The position numbers and the translations under genes were made by a program. The notes under the pieces were generated by a model. The model saw only the letters and a list, made by a program, of their open reading frames with translations. It had not been told where the DNA came from and searched no databases. 64,000 nt of DNA, from positions 190,279 through 254,278 of the forward strand of contig NMRA01000392.1 in assembly GCA_002633005.1 (NCBI GenBank), written 5' to 3'. How positions within the stretch are numbered: position 1 is the stretch's first letter; every line of letters starts with the position of its first letter. Of this stretch, positions 36,391 to 48,954 are shown piece by piece. Source of the DNA: Phoronis australis (taxonomy: Eukaryota > Animalia > Phoronida).

Positions 36391-36893
36391 TTCTGGGGGA
36401 GATAAATCTTGTCCAAGTTGAATGTGTCAGAAGATTTACAGCCCCACGTAATCAGTTTTGGTTAATTTGTGATTTATTTGAGATATATCTACTCTTATCT
36501 TGACTGTTTACACTCGGTAAACTCTGAAACAATGAATAGCTTGCAAGAAGGACTTTTAATTTTAAAATTAGCTTAAAACTTGAAGCTGCATTTCGCCCCG
36601 TACAGCTGCAAAAATCAGATCAGGTTTTTTACTCCGATTCTTGAGCCGCTGATGGTTTCCAAGTTCTCGTTGGTAAAGTAAATAGAGACCAAGCATGACA
36701 AGAAATACTAGAACACCGTTTCTGTGAGAGTAGGAGGCTCAATTTGTTTTATTTTTCAGCCACCTAAACTGGGAGAAATGCAGTTTCATCTAGCAGTGTC
36801 AAAGCAATACGCAAGCGAGAAAATATAAGACTAATACAAAGAACCTACAACCAACTGCCACTCTTTGCAACGTATATCTTATACTCAACCTAC

Positions 36894-36991
36894 CTCATGT
36901 CTATTTCATTGAATGTTGTCAACATGGCACATGTATTCTGTGCATCCTTCAATCTGTTGGCTATTCGTTGCCGCATCCGGTTCATTTTCAC
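36894..36991 (-). CDS. DLST: DLST exon ([33 protein letters not shown])
   Basis: Start of the catalytic domain; cag| acceptor and |gtaggt donor; phase 2 end matches the next exon. Confidence 0.97.
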
Positions 36992-37286
36992 CTGACCAAC
37001 AGAGAGGGACAATACTGAGATGATACACAAACTGAGATTTATACAAAACTTCAATCTTCATCAAAACAACTGTTTCTCGATAACCGATATGTAGTGCTAA
37101 ACAATGGATTCAAATGAAAAGAAAACATGTTTCATAAAAGTCAACACAATGTGCTGTAGAAAAGGGGTTCTGATAACTTAAAATGACAACAACACTCGCA
37201 GTCTATGCTGATGACCCAAACTACAAAGACCAATTCTGACTTTTGGATATTGCCTTAAAAAGAAGTTAGGCAGAATTCGTTAGGAA

Positions 37287-37449
37287 ACATAACCCTGTAT
37301 ACCTCTACATAACCCTGTATACCTCTACATAACCCTGTATACCTCTACATAACCCTGTATACCTCTACATAACCCTGTATACCTCTACATAACCCTGTAT
37401 ACCTCTACATAACCCTGTATACCTCTACATAACCCTGTATACCTCTACA
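37287..37449. repeat. Perfect 20-bp minisatellite (ACATAACCCTGTATACCTCT) x8
   Basis: Seen directly. Confidence 0.98.
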
Positions 37450-37826
37450 AAGCATAGTTTAACAGTGCCCAGTGACTCACTGAATGTTATCTAGAATACA
37501 TCTTGCAGAATTCCTACTCTTAGTAAGCTCAGGCCAACAACAGCTAATATTACAAGGACTATGTTTCAGGTGATTGGTGGTACAACACGCAGCAGTGTCA
37601 AGAAGAACTAACTGACCTATTGCACGAGAAAGCATAGTCTGACAATGAACAAGAAGATACAATCACCGGAAAAAGCAACTGACAATTATCTAATGACTGT
37701 AACATTATGCCCAAAGCAGAACTGCATGCAATAGAACAGTTATCGTATTATTATTAACTTACAAAAAGTAGGGCACAAAATTATTCAAAAACAGAAATAA
37801 TTCGATAAGACTCCCAAAACACTAAC

Positions 37827-38092
37827 CCTTGTCTCTGTCCTTGACCCAGCTAGTACCACTCCTTCTCCACCAGAGGGTGCTGCTGCTAAAGGAGGTGATG
37901 ATGGCTTAATGGTCGATGTCGGGGTGGCAGCCAGGGGCTGAGTGGGCACTGGTGGAACAGGGGGAGGTGTAGTGGGAATGGGCCCAGCTCCAGTAGATGG
38001 AGCAGGTGGTGGTGGTAGTGTTTCAGCTGCTGGTTCAGGAGGTGCTGCTACAGCTTCAGGGGCAGCAGCTGGCTTAGTTGCAGGTGCTGCAC
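37827..38092 (-). CDS. DLST: DLST Pro/Ala-rich linker exon (GAAPATKPAAAPE...GSRTETR)
   Basis: Open frame, PA-rich hinge, aag| acceptor and |gttagt donor; phases fit both neighbouring exons. Confidence 0.92.
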
Positions 38093-38342
38093 CTTAAATG
38101 TAGAGTACCAGACAACTTCAGAACATTGTGATGAAAACACTTACAATTCACAAAACCTCTCCTACCACAAAGTTGGAATAATAAACAAAAGCCAATTGAG
38201 AGTCTAAGTCTGCACTTATGATCTCAGATTCTCATCTCCATACATCGTGGTATGTGTCAGTAGACGGCAAGTATAGGCAAGATTCAGTAAACAGGTAGTG
38301 TCGTTAATGTAAGCTGAACCAAGGAAGACTTATTCCACTTAC

Positions 38343-38451
38343 CCGATGTATCTAGTTTAAACAAGGCCATGCCAGCAGTCACAGTGTCACCATCTCCAGC
38401 CAACAGTTCACTCACCACACCAGCAGATGGTGCCATCAGTGGGATTGAAGT
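38343..38451 (-). CDS. DLST: DLST lipoyl-domain exon (TSIPLMAPSAGVVSELLAGDGDTVTAGMALFKLDTS)
   Basis: AP.AG....L...DGDTV..G..LF lipoyl pattern; tag| acceptor and |gtaagt donor. Confidence 0.95.
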
Positions 38452-38783
38452 CTATGATGAAACAATGGCATTAACTGCATAGCCCTAATACATTAAATGA
38501 GACCAGAAATGCTTTGTAAATATGTTTAACTGCATGCAGTAGTGCAATGTAAATGCTTTGTTTTGAACGAGCTTAGTTCATTGCGCATTTAAGTAAAGTG
38601 TCGTTACTGGTTTTATGGCGAGAAAACACATTTTTGGGGATGCTCATTGCATTGTAGAGACTTCTTCAATTTACTAGCCGTGAACAGAGCTATAAAACAA
38701 CACAATCACATGTGTTTCTGTAATTTAATTACAAATCACCAATTCCGTCTGTTGTCTGCCAGACATTTACTGAAACCAATTCA

Positions 38784-40736
38784 GGTTATCTGGGACCATA
38801 ATAAATGACCTTAATTCCTAAGTCAAATATAAAAAAACTATGCTTTGTAAATCATTAAACGCGAAGGCAACCTTTTTTCATGTCACTTTTAGCAAAAATA
38901 ATGTTCGTTGATTATCCCAGACACATTTTTCACTTAATGACAGCTCTTCGTAATTTGATTAATTTCTCGTCCTCTACTCCGAAAGTGACGTTTTGGGAGG
39001 CAAGAGTTTCGCGCCAATTTCTTTTCATTATAGTCTGACTATGAGAGCTGTCGAGTCAGTCATTGTTCAACCTCGGTTGTGATAAGTTCGGTCGTTGTTT
39101 GCTTTTGTTTACAAGTCAGTCAACATGCAACGCTGTCGTTGCATGCCGGGATGTACTCATTATCATCTCACACGCGCTTTGGGTACCTTGCGTCGCTTTC
39201 CGAAGGATGACACACTTCGCCGTACTTGGCTAGCTCGTTCATGTGAAGAACGCAACGCTACCCGTCCATGCAACGTACAAAGCAGTGGAGGGTTACCGAG
39301 GGTGGCAAGCATTTTCTGATGTCAGATTACGACAGAGATATGTACGCTGAATTGGTGAAGGTCCCTGCGAAACAACGCCTGAAGGATACCATATGTTGAT
39401 TCCCGGCAGTGCCCCGTTGCCAACCCCGAGAAGAGTGTTTTTGAAGCGAGAAGCCTCGTGAGCTGTGTCCTCTATATACAGTGACTGGAGGCACTTCATC
39501 TACTGTCACCCATGCCTCCGAACATACCCCATTGCGTGCAATTCCGGGAACTAGCAGTGATGTCGCCCTGTGCTGTTGTCTCTAGCCCAGATCCTGTAAG
39601 CAGCCCTGCAGCGATGTTGAGTAGTGGGAGTGAATACAGGCCCAGTTTGACACCCAGTGAAGAGGACAGTTCGTCATCCAATGAACAGATCGGTGAGCCT
39701 AAGTTTGATAAGTTTATTGTGGACTTGTATTGGAGCTATTAAGAAGGTGCCAGGTGTGTGGCGAGGGAGTCACACGGCGGAATGTAAGCAGTTTGGGTGC
39801 TCAGATAACCCTTCAGTGGGAGTCTGTCGTGGGACACTCGGGTAAGTGGGACAGTTCTTCCTCTGTACGTGAAAGGATAATGAGTACACCCCAGTATGCA
39901 GCAACAGCGTGGCATGTTGACTGACTCCTAAGCAAAAGCAAATGAGGACCGAACTTATCACAACCGAAGTAGAACAATGACTGACTCGACTTCTCTCACA
40001 GTCAGACTGTATGAAAAGAAATTGGCGCGAAATTCTTGCCTCCCAAAACGTCACTTCCGGAGTAGACGACGAGTAATTAATTAAATTACGAAAAGCAGTA
40101 AATAAGTGAAAAATATGTCTGGGATAATCAACGAATCTTATTTTCGTTAAAAATGACATGAAAAAAGGTTGCCTTCATCTTTAAAAGTATATATTGTCTG
40201 AAAGCGGAAAGATTTTACTACTTCTTATTATAACTGTGTCTTTATTATTGTGACATGACCACAGTTTTTAAGTCAAATTTTCATGTGCAAGAAAGGTACA
40301 TTCATAGCAAAATAATCCCCAGCCAGTTTTATTAAATACCTTTTTTAAATGAAAACAATGTTATGTCTCAAAAACAGTGTCAGGATTTTGCTTTAAAATG
40401 CCTAGTTTTCATGTGCCGAGTGATATGCGAATAAGACTGCTATTTTTTACAAAAATGCCTCATGGGATACAACCAACCTAGTAAGTGAATAATCAAAAGT
40501 TCGTAACAGCATTTTCAATCATAACAAGTTTTAATAAAATCGGATGGGGGTTATTTTGCTTTGAATGTAGCTTTCTTGTACATGAAAGTTTGACTTAAAT
40601 AATGTGGTCACATGACAATAATAAAGACAGACTAGTAAGAAGCATATTTTTAAAATACTCAATCTTTCCCATTTCAGAGCATAGTTTTTGATATTTGACT
40701 TAGAGCTGAGGTCGTTTATGAAGGTCCTAGATAACC
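38784..40736. mobile_element. Foldback MITE (TTAA-type) with ~200-bp arms, interrupted by the second Kolobok copy
   Basis: ggttatctgggacc..aagtcaaatat..aaactatgct at 38784-38850 is the reverse complement of 40670-40736; 40200-40320 pairs with 40545-40670; TTAA at 40737. Confidence 0.7.
38859..40180 (+). mobile_element. Second Kolobok copy (degenerate THAP ORF) with two left ends
   Basis: TTAA at 38855-38858 and 40181-40184; colinear with 32994-34030; right arm 39875-40180 is an inverted left end. Confidence 0.85.
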
Positions 40737-41749
40737 TTAAGTACCCTTAATACACATCGCCATTTATAGAGGATTTACTATTTGACTGCAGGTTCGAATC
40801 CGCATTGGGGTTGCTCTCAGTAAATCACGTTTCTTGCCAATAGTTGCCCATTTAAAGAAAAGATAAACCAGCATCTTCTGTCAAAGTAACATATAATTTT
40901 GTTTGAAACCTTATGAACTAGCAGTTTAATGGCTCTTTCAGAAAGAAGGGTGATTTGCGTGATTTATGCTCTTTTTGACAAGCTGTCATAACTAGTTGGA
41001 AGGAAATCTCCAAGTCAACATGTGAATCCAAATTCAAACATTGCACACAATATTGATTTGAGATGACAAAAAATGGAAAGTTAGTCATAAGCACAATCCA
41101 CATTGCATGAAGCAGGCCAAATAGGGACTCAGCTACATTCGTTGATTTTCACCGCACTTGTGGACTTATGCAAACACTGATTGAAGTTTTTATTAAATGC
41201 TATTTTATCTCCATTATTAAATCAATCTTTAGCTTTGATACACACCAAGAGTAAATTCTATGCTGAATTCTCAAAAATAAATGCATTGTTCTTATTTATT
41301 TTCATTGACGTATGTTTTTTTTCAGATAAATTACTAAAAAATAACATAATCAGGACAGACTGTACATTACATTATACTTCTCCTGAATAACTGTCTAATC
41401 CTAGTTTGGACTAGAGAACTAAAGCATTTAAACTAAAGTACAAGCCTGAACACAAAATCTTGAGTTTTCGTCCAAAATCCCAAATTTTCACCCCAAATCT
41501 CAAGTTTTCACTCAACAACTAGAGTTTGTAGCTTGAACCTGGCAGTCATCATGTCTGAGCTTGAGACTCGAAACTTATGTGCAAAAGTCAATAGGTACAC
41601 GACCACAGAAATACAGACACTTATCTCAAGTTTGCACAAAAGTAGAATGGAAAATGCTAAAATATATTTCGAGCTCAATTATGAATACAAAGATTAGACT
41701 GAGAAGGCCCTGGAGAGGTGGCCCAGCAAAGCCTACAAAAACAACTCAC

Positions 41750-41805
41750 TTTGTCAGTTTCAATTTCACCAACTACTTCATCCTCCTCTACCAAGTCCCC
41801 AACGG
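41750..41805 (-). CDS. DLST: DLST lipoyl-domain exon (AVGDLVEEDEVVGEIETDK, contains the lipoyl-Lys)
   Basis: IETDK lipoylation motif; cag| acceptor and |gtgagt donor; 56 bp. Confidence 0.95.
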
Positions 41806-42814
41806 CTGCAAGCAAATCGAACATGTTTAGGTCATTAACACATCACTTTCTTCTACTACAGACCATAGACCACAGATACAACTCCAACATTTTCCTTCGA
41901 AATTCCCAAAGGAGGTGCCACATTTTCTAATGTGCTACTCAGCAGACAATATACCTGCAGAAAACGGGCCTTCACACCAGGCACCGCTAGTGAATAGTGA
42001 CATTGACACCAATAGTGAATTAAACAACACTGTTGGTCACGGTTCTTGCACAAGCTCACTGATCATGAATACTTATAGTATACAGAGTTGGAAGTTCACA
42101 GCCTATGTTTCTACTGACAGTGTAAACATATTACTGCAAGGCATCACACTACTTCACCAGAAGCAAACTAACAAACCATTTTGACACAAACACAAATCTC
42201 ATAATCTGTTCATATAATATAGCAGACTGGACTCCTGGACAGAAGGCAGACCAACTACTTATAAGCGATATTCACAAATACATCTCATCAGCCATCTTAG
42301 AGTGACTAACATTAATTCTTGCAAAAAAAAACTGGTCGCATCTTGTTCTTTCTCCATATGAGAAGTGATTTCTGGGCTCACAAGGAACTGACAATTTATT
42401 ATTTGAGACCATGCTTGGCGCATAACTTCACTCACCATGCAATGTCATCAATGAGCCTAATCTTAAGCCATAACAAGCAGTCAGTTCTTTCAAAGCAATA
42501 CAGTCACATCTAATTTGACCAAAGAACAATACGTGGTCCAAATCAAAAGTTGCTTTTTGCAACGAAAGGTAGGTCTACATCCATCTTAAGGAAATAGGTT
42601 CAACAAGGTCAGAACAATGACCATGTTAGTGATAAAACTGCAAGGTGATGTCAATGAAAACCCTCTATTCACGACTTCTTAATACTTTTAGACAAAAGTT
42701 GAATGCACCTGTTACTTCGCATACGCATAAGAGAGAATGCCCTAATTTAAGACAGAAATGCCAGAAACAGGGACAAGTGAAGAGCTTGCACCAACAAAGC
42801 AAACTGCCACTCAC

Positions 42815-42886
42815 CTTTCTCCCACCTGACATCCCCCTCTGTGACTGACTCTGCAAATGGTGGAGCATTTACCGTAACCACATCAT
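42815..42886 (-). CDS. DLST: DLST exon ([23 protein letters not shown])
   Basis: [16 protein letters not shown] motif; cag| acceptor and |gtgagt donor. Confidence 0.95.
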
Positions 42887-43054
42887 CTGAAGGAGCAAAC
42901 ATTCCAGATTAAACACATCAGGTCAATGAAGATCACACCCTCAACACTGACCATGCTGTAGACAGGAACAGCGGCCAGGGGGAGACTGGTTTTGATTTGG
43001 CATTTATCAGAAGAAATAATTTAAGATCTCAAAAAAAGCAAACAAACACACCTA

Positions 43055-43360
43055 GATTTCTATGAGTGTACCATATTTGAGGCAGGGCTTCGAGGTTGTA
43101 GTACTGGCTGAAAGTTAAACCATCTTGTTTCTATGATAAAATTGTACTGTATCCAAGGCATGGCTCAGAGGTTGTAGTACCGACTGAATGTTAACCAACA
43201 TGTTAAACCATCCCGTTTCTATGACTGTACTGTGTCCAATGCAGGGCTCAAAAGTTGTAGTACTGGATGAAAGTTAAACCATGTTCGTTTCTATGATTGT
43301 AATGTGTCTGGGGTAGGGCTCAGAGGTTGTAGAAATAGCTGGATGTCAAACCACCTTGCT
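43055..43360. repeat. Degenerate ~75-bp tandem repeat, about 4 units (gggctcagaggttgtagtactggctgaaagttaaaccat...)
   Basis: Units start near 43080, 43157, 43240 and 43310. Confidence 0.85.
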
Positions 43361-44077
43361 TCAACTTAGTTGTAAACACAAGCAATCTACAGGAAGTTTT
43401 CTACCAATTACACAATAAAGCAAAGATTTGGAACAGTCAGTTTCTGCAAGAACTACAGTCATGCAAAGTTTTACTGTTGGTTGTTCCAAATTCAGAACGT
43501 CGAATTCCGACAGCCATTGCCAGGGTACTGACTATAAGAATGCTATGCAAGACATGAAACTGAGAGAAAACATAGACTCAACTGTTGTGACCACCTATGA
43601 TACAGCGACTTGCTTTACCAACACACTTCACTTGGACTGTCTACTTCGTGGGAAGACAAGATATAGCTACTGAAAAGTTTACCTCTGTGTCACATTTTTT
43701 GGACATAGTCGACATTGACATCATTAGCATGAAAGTGACAGTCTTTGTAGACTAAAACGTTTCCGCATAGGGTTAGTTCGGGCATAATCGGACAGCGGTA
43801 AAATTCGAATGAGTCTAAACAAAATATAATAACAACCAAGCTGCCTTACTACTACATGGAAAGATTATTCATTTCCTTGAACAATAGTAGGAATTTATGT
43901 ACCATCTGACTTGAATTACAATAAACTTTCAACACATGACGCATGTTCAGAACCATACATTCATCTATCGTCTGCTTTGCGTGGTGATTATAAAAGTCTG
44001 CGGTAGGTACACTCTGTTTTCCAAGTTATATTTAGGTCACTTGGTCGCTTGTCATGTAAATGACCTTGAATTTACTT

Positions 44078-44400
44078 CACAGGTGAGAAACAACATGACC
44101 GCCAGTCTTCTAAATCGGTCTGACTCACCCAAAACAGGACCTCCGGGGATCAAATGGGACCGTCGCACCAGAAAATGAGACTGACGCACCTAAAAACATG
44201 ACCGCCCCATCACAAAACAGGACCGCCGGGGACTGAACATGACCGCCGGACAATATGCGGTTTCAATCCCCAGCGGTCATGTTCAGTGCCCGGCGGTCCC
44301 ATTTTCTGGTGCGACGGTCCCATTTGATCCCCGGAGGTCCTGTTTTGGGTGAGGCGGTCCTATTTAAGAGGACCGGCGGTCATGTTGTTTCTCACCCGTG
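44078..44400. mobile_element. Foldback MITE with CAC...GTG termini and 5-bp TSD (Transib-like)
   Basis: cacaggtgagaaacaacatgaccgcc / ggcggtcatgttgtttctcacccgtg; TACTT at 44073-44077 and 44401-44405. Confidence 0.8.
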
Positions 44401-45358
44401 TACTTGATGCTTAATACATCACTATGCTTTTTATGAGGTGAGTGCAATAGAAAACGTACAAAAAGCATGATTTGATCGAAAAACGGGTGTCCAAATTTCC
44501 CCTCCAACTTTTTGTATGCTGCTGAGAAGTTCAGACACGATGCTTTTAGGCTACTAGACGCTTTTCTTTATGCTTCTCTGAGAGATATTCGTACTCACGT
44601 GATGACTTTCTGTGTTAAGATGTTAACTTTTAACTTAATTTTTAAACAACAATGGCACTGTTTACCATGCAGGCTGCACACAAACTGGTAATGGTGGAAA
44701 TACTTTCATATCATATATGTGGCCAGAAAATGATGACATCTCAGATTTTATTATTCATTCCATGATGACACTGCTAAATAATGCCTAAATTCATTTTTTT
44801 AAATCATAAGTACTATTACATATTTTGTCTGAGTTTTAACTAATCAGAATTTCCTAGTCCGAATTTCCCCGACGCTCTGTCCGACTTTCCCCACCTGTGT
44901 TCAAATTTCCGATTTTGACCATTATTATTTTCATAATTCGAAGGCATTAAAGCTGACCTAGTAACGATGAGTATCATTGGTTGATTTCTCAAAAGGTTTG
45001 CGAATTTCCCATGACTTGTCAAATGTTATTAGCTGACAAATTAACTTTCAGTAGCAGGTAAGCAAGTCGAGCTAGGTAGTTTCGTCCAAACTTACCCAAA
45101 CTTCCCAAACTGTTTCAAACACGTGTTAATTAGACACAAAGTAAATATTTATTTTATGTGTTTATTTGATATATTTCACTACTGGCGAACCTCAGCGTGT
45201 ATATATAATGTTTACTATATCGAATTAACACGTAATGGTAAATTGCTGATTATATATACATATAATTGTCTAAATCTCGTGTGAAAAAGGTGAAATGCCG
45301 CTGATGGGATGTATGGCATAACAGTTGGCTGACGTAAACAGTAATTACACAGATATCG

Positions 45359-45434
45359 GAACCTCAGTAGCTCAGTGGTGAGAACACGTGACCGGCAATT
45401 TAGAGACCTGTGGTTTGATTCCCAGTTGGGGCTC
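45359..45434 (+). repeat. tRNA-derived (SINE-head-like) pseudo-tRNA
   Basis: A-box-like tagctcagtgg, B-box-like ggtttgattcc and a pairing acceptor stem, but a poor anticodon stem. Confidence 0.5.
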
Positions 45435-45867
45435 CTGATTTTTCTGTGTTTATCTGATATATTTCAAACACATCTGTAGACTTCCATCTTAATTAAAGTC
45501 ATAGAATAAACAAATGGTTTATGTTTTCTCACTGAATCTTTTAGTTCCGCTTTTTACTTTACTTGTGCTACTAGATGCAGCAGTACCAGCGGACCACCAG
45601 TGAACACGTGTTTGGTTCGAAGTCCAGAAATTTTTGGGAAAATTTGGGCTTCCAGTTATAGTATCCACTATATCACTACTTTACATGAAAAAAGCCAAGA
45701 GCAGCTTACTATAATCATGGGACATTCTTCAACCATCTCAGTGAGAAGTATGAAACACAAAACAATGATGATTCTTACTTTTAACAGCAAAGCAAAATAT
45801 CACATGCTCATTAGGACAGAACAGTATGAAATGAGGTACGAAATTTCAATGCATTCCTTACACTTAC

Positions 45868-45932
45868 AGTACACAACTGAAGCATGGAAGTTCTGGTGTC
45901 CATTTGTGATCAGCTTCGGCTTCCGGATGCTT
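45868..45932 (-). CDS. DLST: DLST transit-peptide exon (SIRKPKLITNGHQNFHASVVY)
   Basis: ttttccag| acceptor and |gtaagt donor; phase 2/1 joins exon 42815-42886 in frame; FHxS cleavage-site-like motif. Confidence 0.75.
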
Positions 45933-46103
45933 CTGGAAAAGTAATGTTGAAAAGGCCTTGATACATAAATTAAGAGTTCCAATATCATTCAGACAACCAC
46001 CAAACAATGGAATTCCTCAAAACTATGGTTACTGAGAACCACACTGCACATCGGGAACACTGAATCACTTTCGCAAACACTGATACTTCTGTCTTCTGAG
46101 AGG

Positions 46104-46793
46104 CTGAAAGGTGGTACGATAACTTGTGATATGCCGTAAAATTGACTGAAAGGTGGTACGACAACTTGTGATATGCCGTAATATTGACTGAAAGGTGGTA
46201 CGATAACTTGTGATATGCCATAATATTGACTGAGAGGTGGTACGATAACTTGTGATATGCCGTAATATTGACTGAAAGGTGGTATGATAACTTGTGATAT
46301 GCCGTAGTATTTCACTGAAAGGTGGTACGATAACTTGTGATATGCCGTAAGATTGACTGAAAGGTGGTATGATAACTTGTGATGTGCCGTAATTATATTG
46401 ACTGAAAGGTGATACGATAACTTGTGGTATGCCGTAATATTGAATTAAAGGGGGTAAGATAACTTGTGATATGCCGTAATATTGACTGAAAGGTGGTACG
46501 ATAAATTGTGATATGCCGTAATATTGACTGAAAGGTGGTAACATAACTTGTGGTATGTCGTAATATTGACTGAAAAGTGGTATGATAACTTGTGATATGC
46601 CGTAATATTTCACTGAAAAGTGAAAGGTGGTACGATCACTTGTGATATGCCGTAATATTGATTGAAAGGTGATACGATAATTTGAGACATGCCGTAATAT
46701 TGACTGAAAGGTGGTACGATCACTTGTGGTATGCCGTAATATTGACTGAAAGGTGGTAAGATAACTTGCGATGTGCCGTGATATTGACTGAAA
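46104..46793. repeat. 42-bp minisatellite, about 16 units (ctgaaaggtggtacgataacttgtgatatgccgtaatattga)
   Basis: Seen directly; produces the (SQYYGISQVIVPPF)n ORFs in the track. Confidence 0.97.
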
Positions 46794-47784
46794 TGGCTGT
46801 AGAATACCACTTTTCCTTCAAGGTCCCCCCCGATGTCAAATGCCGCTATTTGTAACCAGACTAATAAGATGCTGTAGATGACATCAGTATATGCAACAGG
46901 TAAGAGCAAACTAATCTAATAAGGGAAGAAAAAATCAGAGGAAAGAGGCACCAGTAGTCGTGTAGTAAAACAAATATATATCAAGCGCATTGGGTGACAT
47001 GGAGCTCTTTCAAGGTCCATGTGACCTGAGTTCACCATCAGGACCGGTCCATATTGCAGAATTTATTTATGTATACATACTTTGACCACTTTCTTGACAA
47101 TATTTGAGAAGCTTCATGAAAGCAATGCATTGAAAATAACCAAAATGAGAGTTACTAACACAGGAACAGTGATGAGCTATTTCAAATGCTAAAGGACGTA
47201 AAGTTGTATTAAAAAGTTTAAAAAGGTGCTTCATATGACACTTTTAAAATATAAAACAGATGTTATGTAAGAAAAATATTTTGCACCTAAAAAAACTTTA
47301 AAGTAGACTGAACACATACATAGTCACAGTATGGGAAACTGTCTCAAGTATGATAAAATCTCACCAATTTAAAACAGAATATGGTTGCCAATGGAAATTT
47401 CATTTTCTCATATTTCATCAAAGATATGTTGGACCAAATAGCAATTTTTCCATATTCAAACTCTCTGTCACAGCTAACATTAGACAATATTTTGAAACAT
47501 GGGCAAACGCAAAATTATTAGAAGCCTTTAAATTGATAAAAACGCAATTATGGAAATTAGCCTCGTCTGAAATTGGAGATTTTTCCACGAGTCAATTTCA
47601 TTAGTTGTCAATTAATACCTTCACTCTCCCAATTATCATTAAAATGACAATATGTTGCAAATTTCCCTTTGACAATACAAGGTTATTACACATTAAAAAC
47701 ATATAAAATGAAAAGAAATGCAACACTAAGTTAGTTTATGACTATTACACTTTTAACACATCCAATGCTCATCGCATGACATAC

Positions 47785-47821
47785 CTCAATTTGGATGAAA
47801 CGCAATAGTTTCGTTGAATGA
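47785..47821 (-). CDS. DLST: DLST transit-peptide micro-exon (IQRNYCVSSKLR)
   Basis: tttcag| acceptor and ag|gtatgt donor; 37 bp; phase 2 end joins exon 45868-45932 in frame. Confidence 0.6.
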
Positions 47822-48289
47822 CTGAAACATAATAAAGCTTATTAGGCATAAATTGAAATCAAGTTTTTTCCCTATTGAGTGATCAACTGTCAAATAGAGG
47901 AACAAATTTTATTTGCAATTATCAGAGAAAAGAAATTATTTAAAAATAAAAGTATCATTTTGACATAAAAATGAGTGCAGTCCAACAGCGAAAAGTAGAG
48001 AATAATATTGATCACATTTGATTTAGGCCAGAACAGAAACACGAACTTTAAAATTAGCGCATAAGTAAATAATGACATATCTATCCAACATTTCAATTTA
48101 TTACTCTAATCCATTGTCAGGGAAACAGTTCACAGAATCAAAACAGGCAACACAGGTAGAGAAGAGACTGTACAGGTACATGTCAAAATGCATTGTGAGG
48201 GGGAGAGACCTGAAATCAAAACAGTTGGAGCTCAAATGAACCAATGTTTCTATTGAGGTATTATCTGTTCCTCGATTGCCTCTGACGTC

Positions 48290-48953
48290 ACTCACTACTA
48301 AGAAAGCGTGTTTCTTGTATGTTGTTACGAGTCATCAAGAAATTCGAGCGCCTGTGATCCGCAATTACAATTTTCGTTCCTCCGAAACATAAAGAACAGT
48401 TTCCGCGTTTCCACGGAAAATTCCAAGCCTTGTAATGCTCAGCATTATTCAACTGGATATGCATAGCCTCCTTTATGAGGAGCCTGAGGGTGGCATTATC
48501 CTTGTCTAGGATCTGAACACCAGAGCAATCTATAGTGTGACTAGTTGTCAAGGAATGATTGAGAACAACAATCTGTGTGTCTTTACAGTGTTCTTTGACT
48601 CTGATGCTAAGAATCCTGTTCCTCATTCCAATGTAAAACTTTTCAGTCACTACAGTTGAGTTAGTACACAACATGACTTCTTACTCAATGGTGTTTTCAG
48701 TCTCGACAATGACGAAAGTCTGTTTACAGGTTTGAAGATTGTCATGAGTTGCGAACATGGATCAATAGCTCCAAGCATTCTTTTAACATGCCTCTCTACT
48801 ACACAACTACTGTTACCTATGTAGGGAAGATTAAGAAATACTTTCTTCAATTCAGGCCCATGACATTTTGACATGTACCTGCACAGTCTCTTCTCTACCT
48901 GTATCGTCTGTTTTGAGTCTGTGAACTGTTTCCTTGACAATGGTTTAGAGTAA
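48290..48953 (-). mobile_element. Penelope-like retroelement 3' remnant (RT thumb + GIY-YIG endonuclease)
   Basis: LPYIG...FYIGMRNRILSIRVKEH...H...SH.ID...VQILD...RLLIKEAMHI motifs. Confidence 0.8.
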
Positions 48954-48954
48954 C

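Noticed and set aside
45359-45434. Functional tRNA gene
   Set aside because: The anticodon stem does not pair and the T-loop reads TTTGATT; treated as a tRNA-derived repeat. Similar B-box-like relics near 2930-2990 and 56590-56645 (minus strand) were also rejected.
46104-46793. CRISPR-like array or repeat-protein gene
   Set aside because: Units are contiguous with no unique spacers and there are no cas genes. The ORFs are a by-product of the 42-bp period inside an intron.
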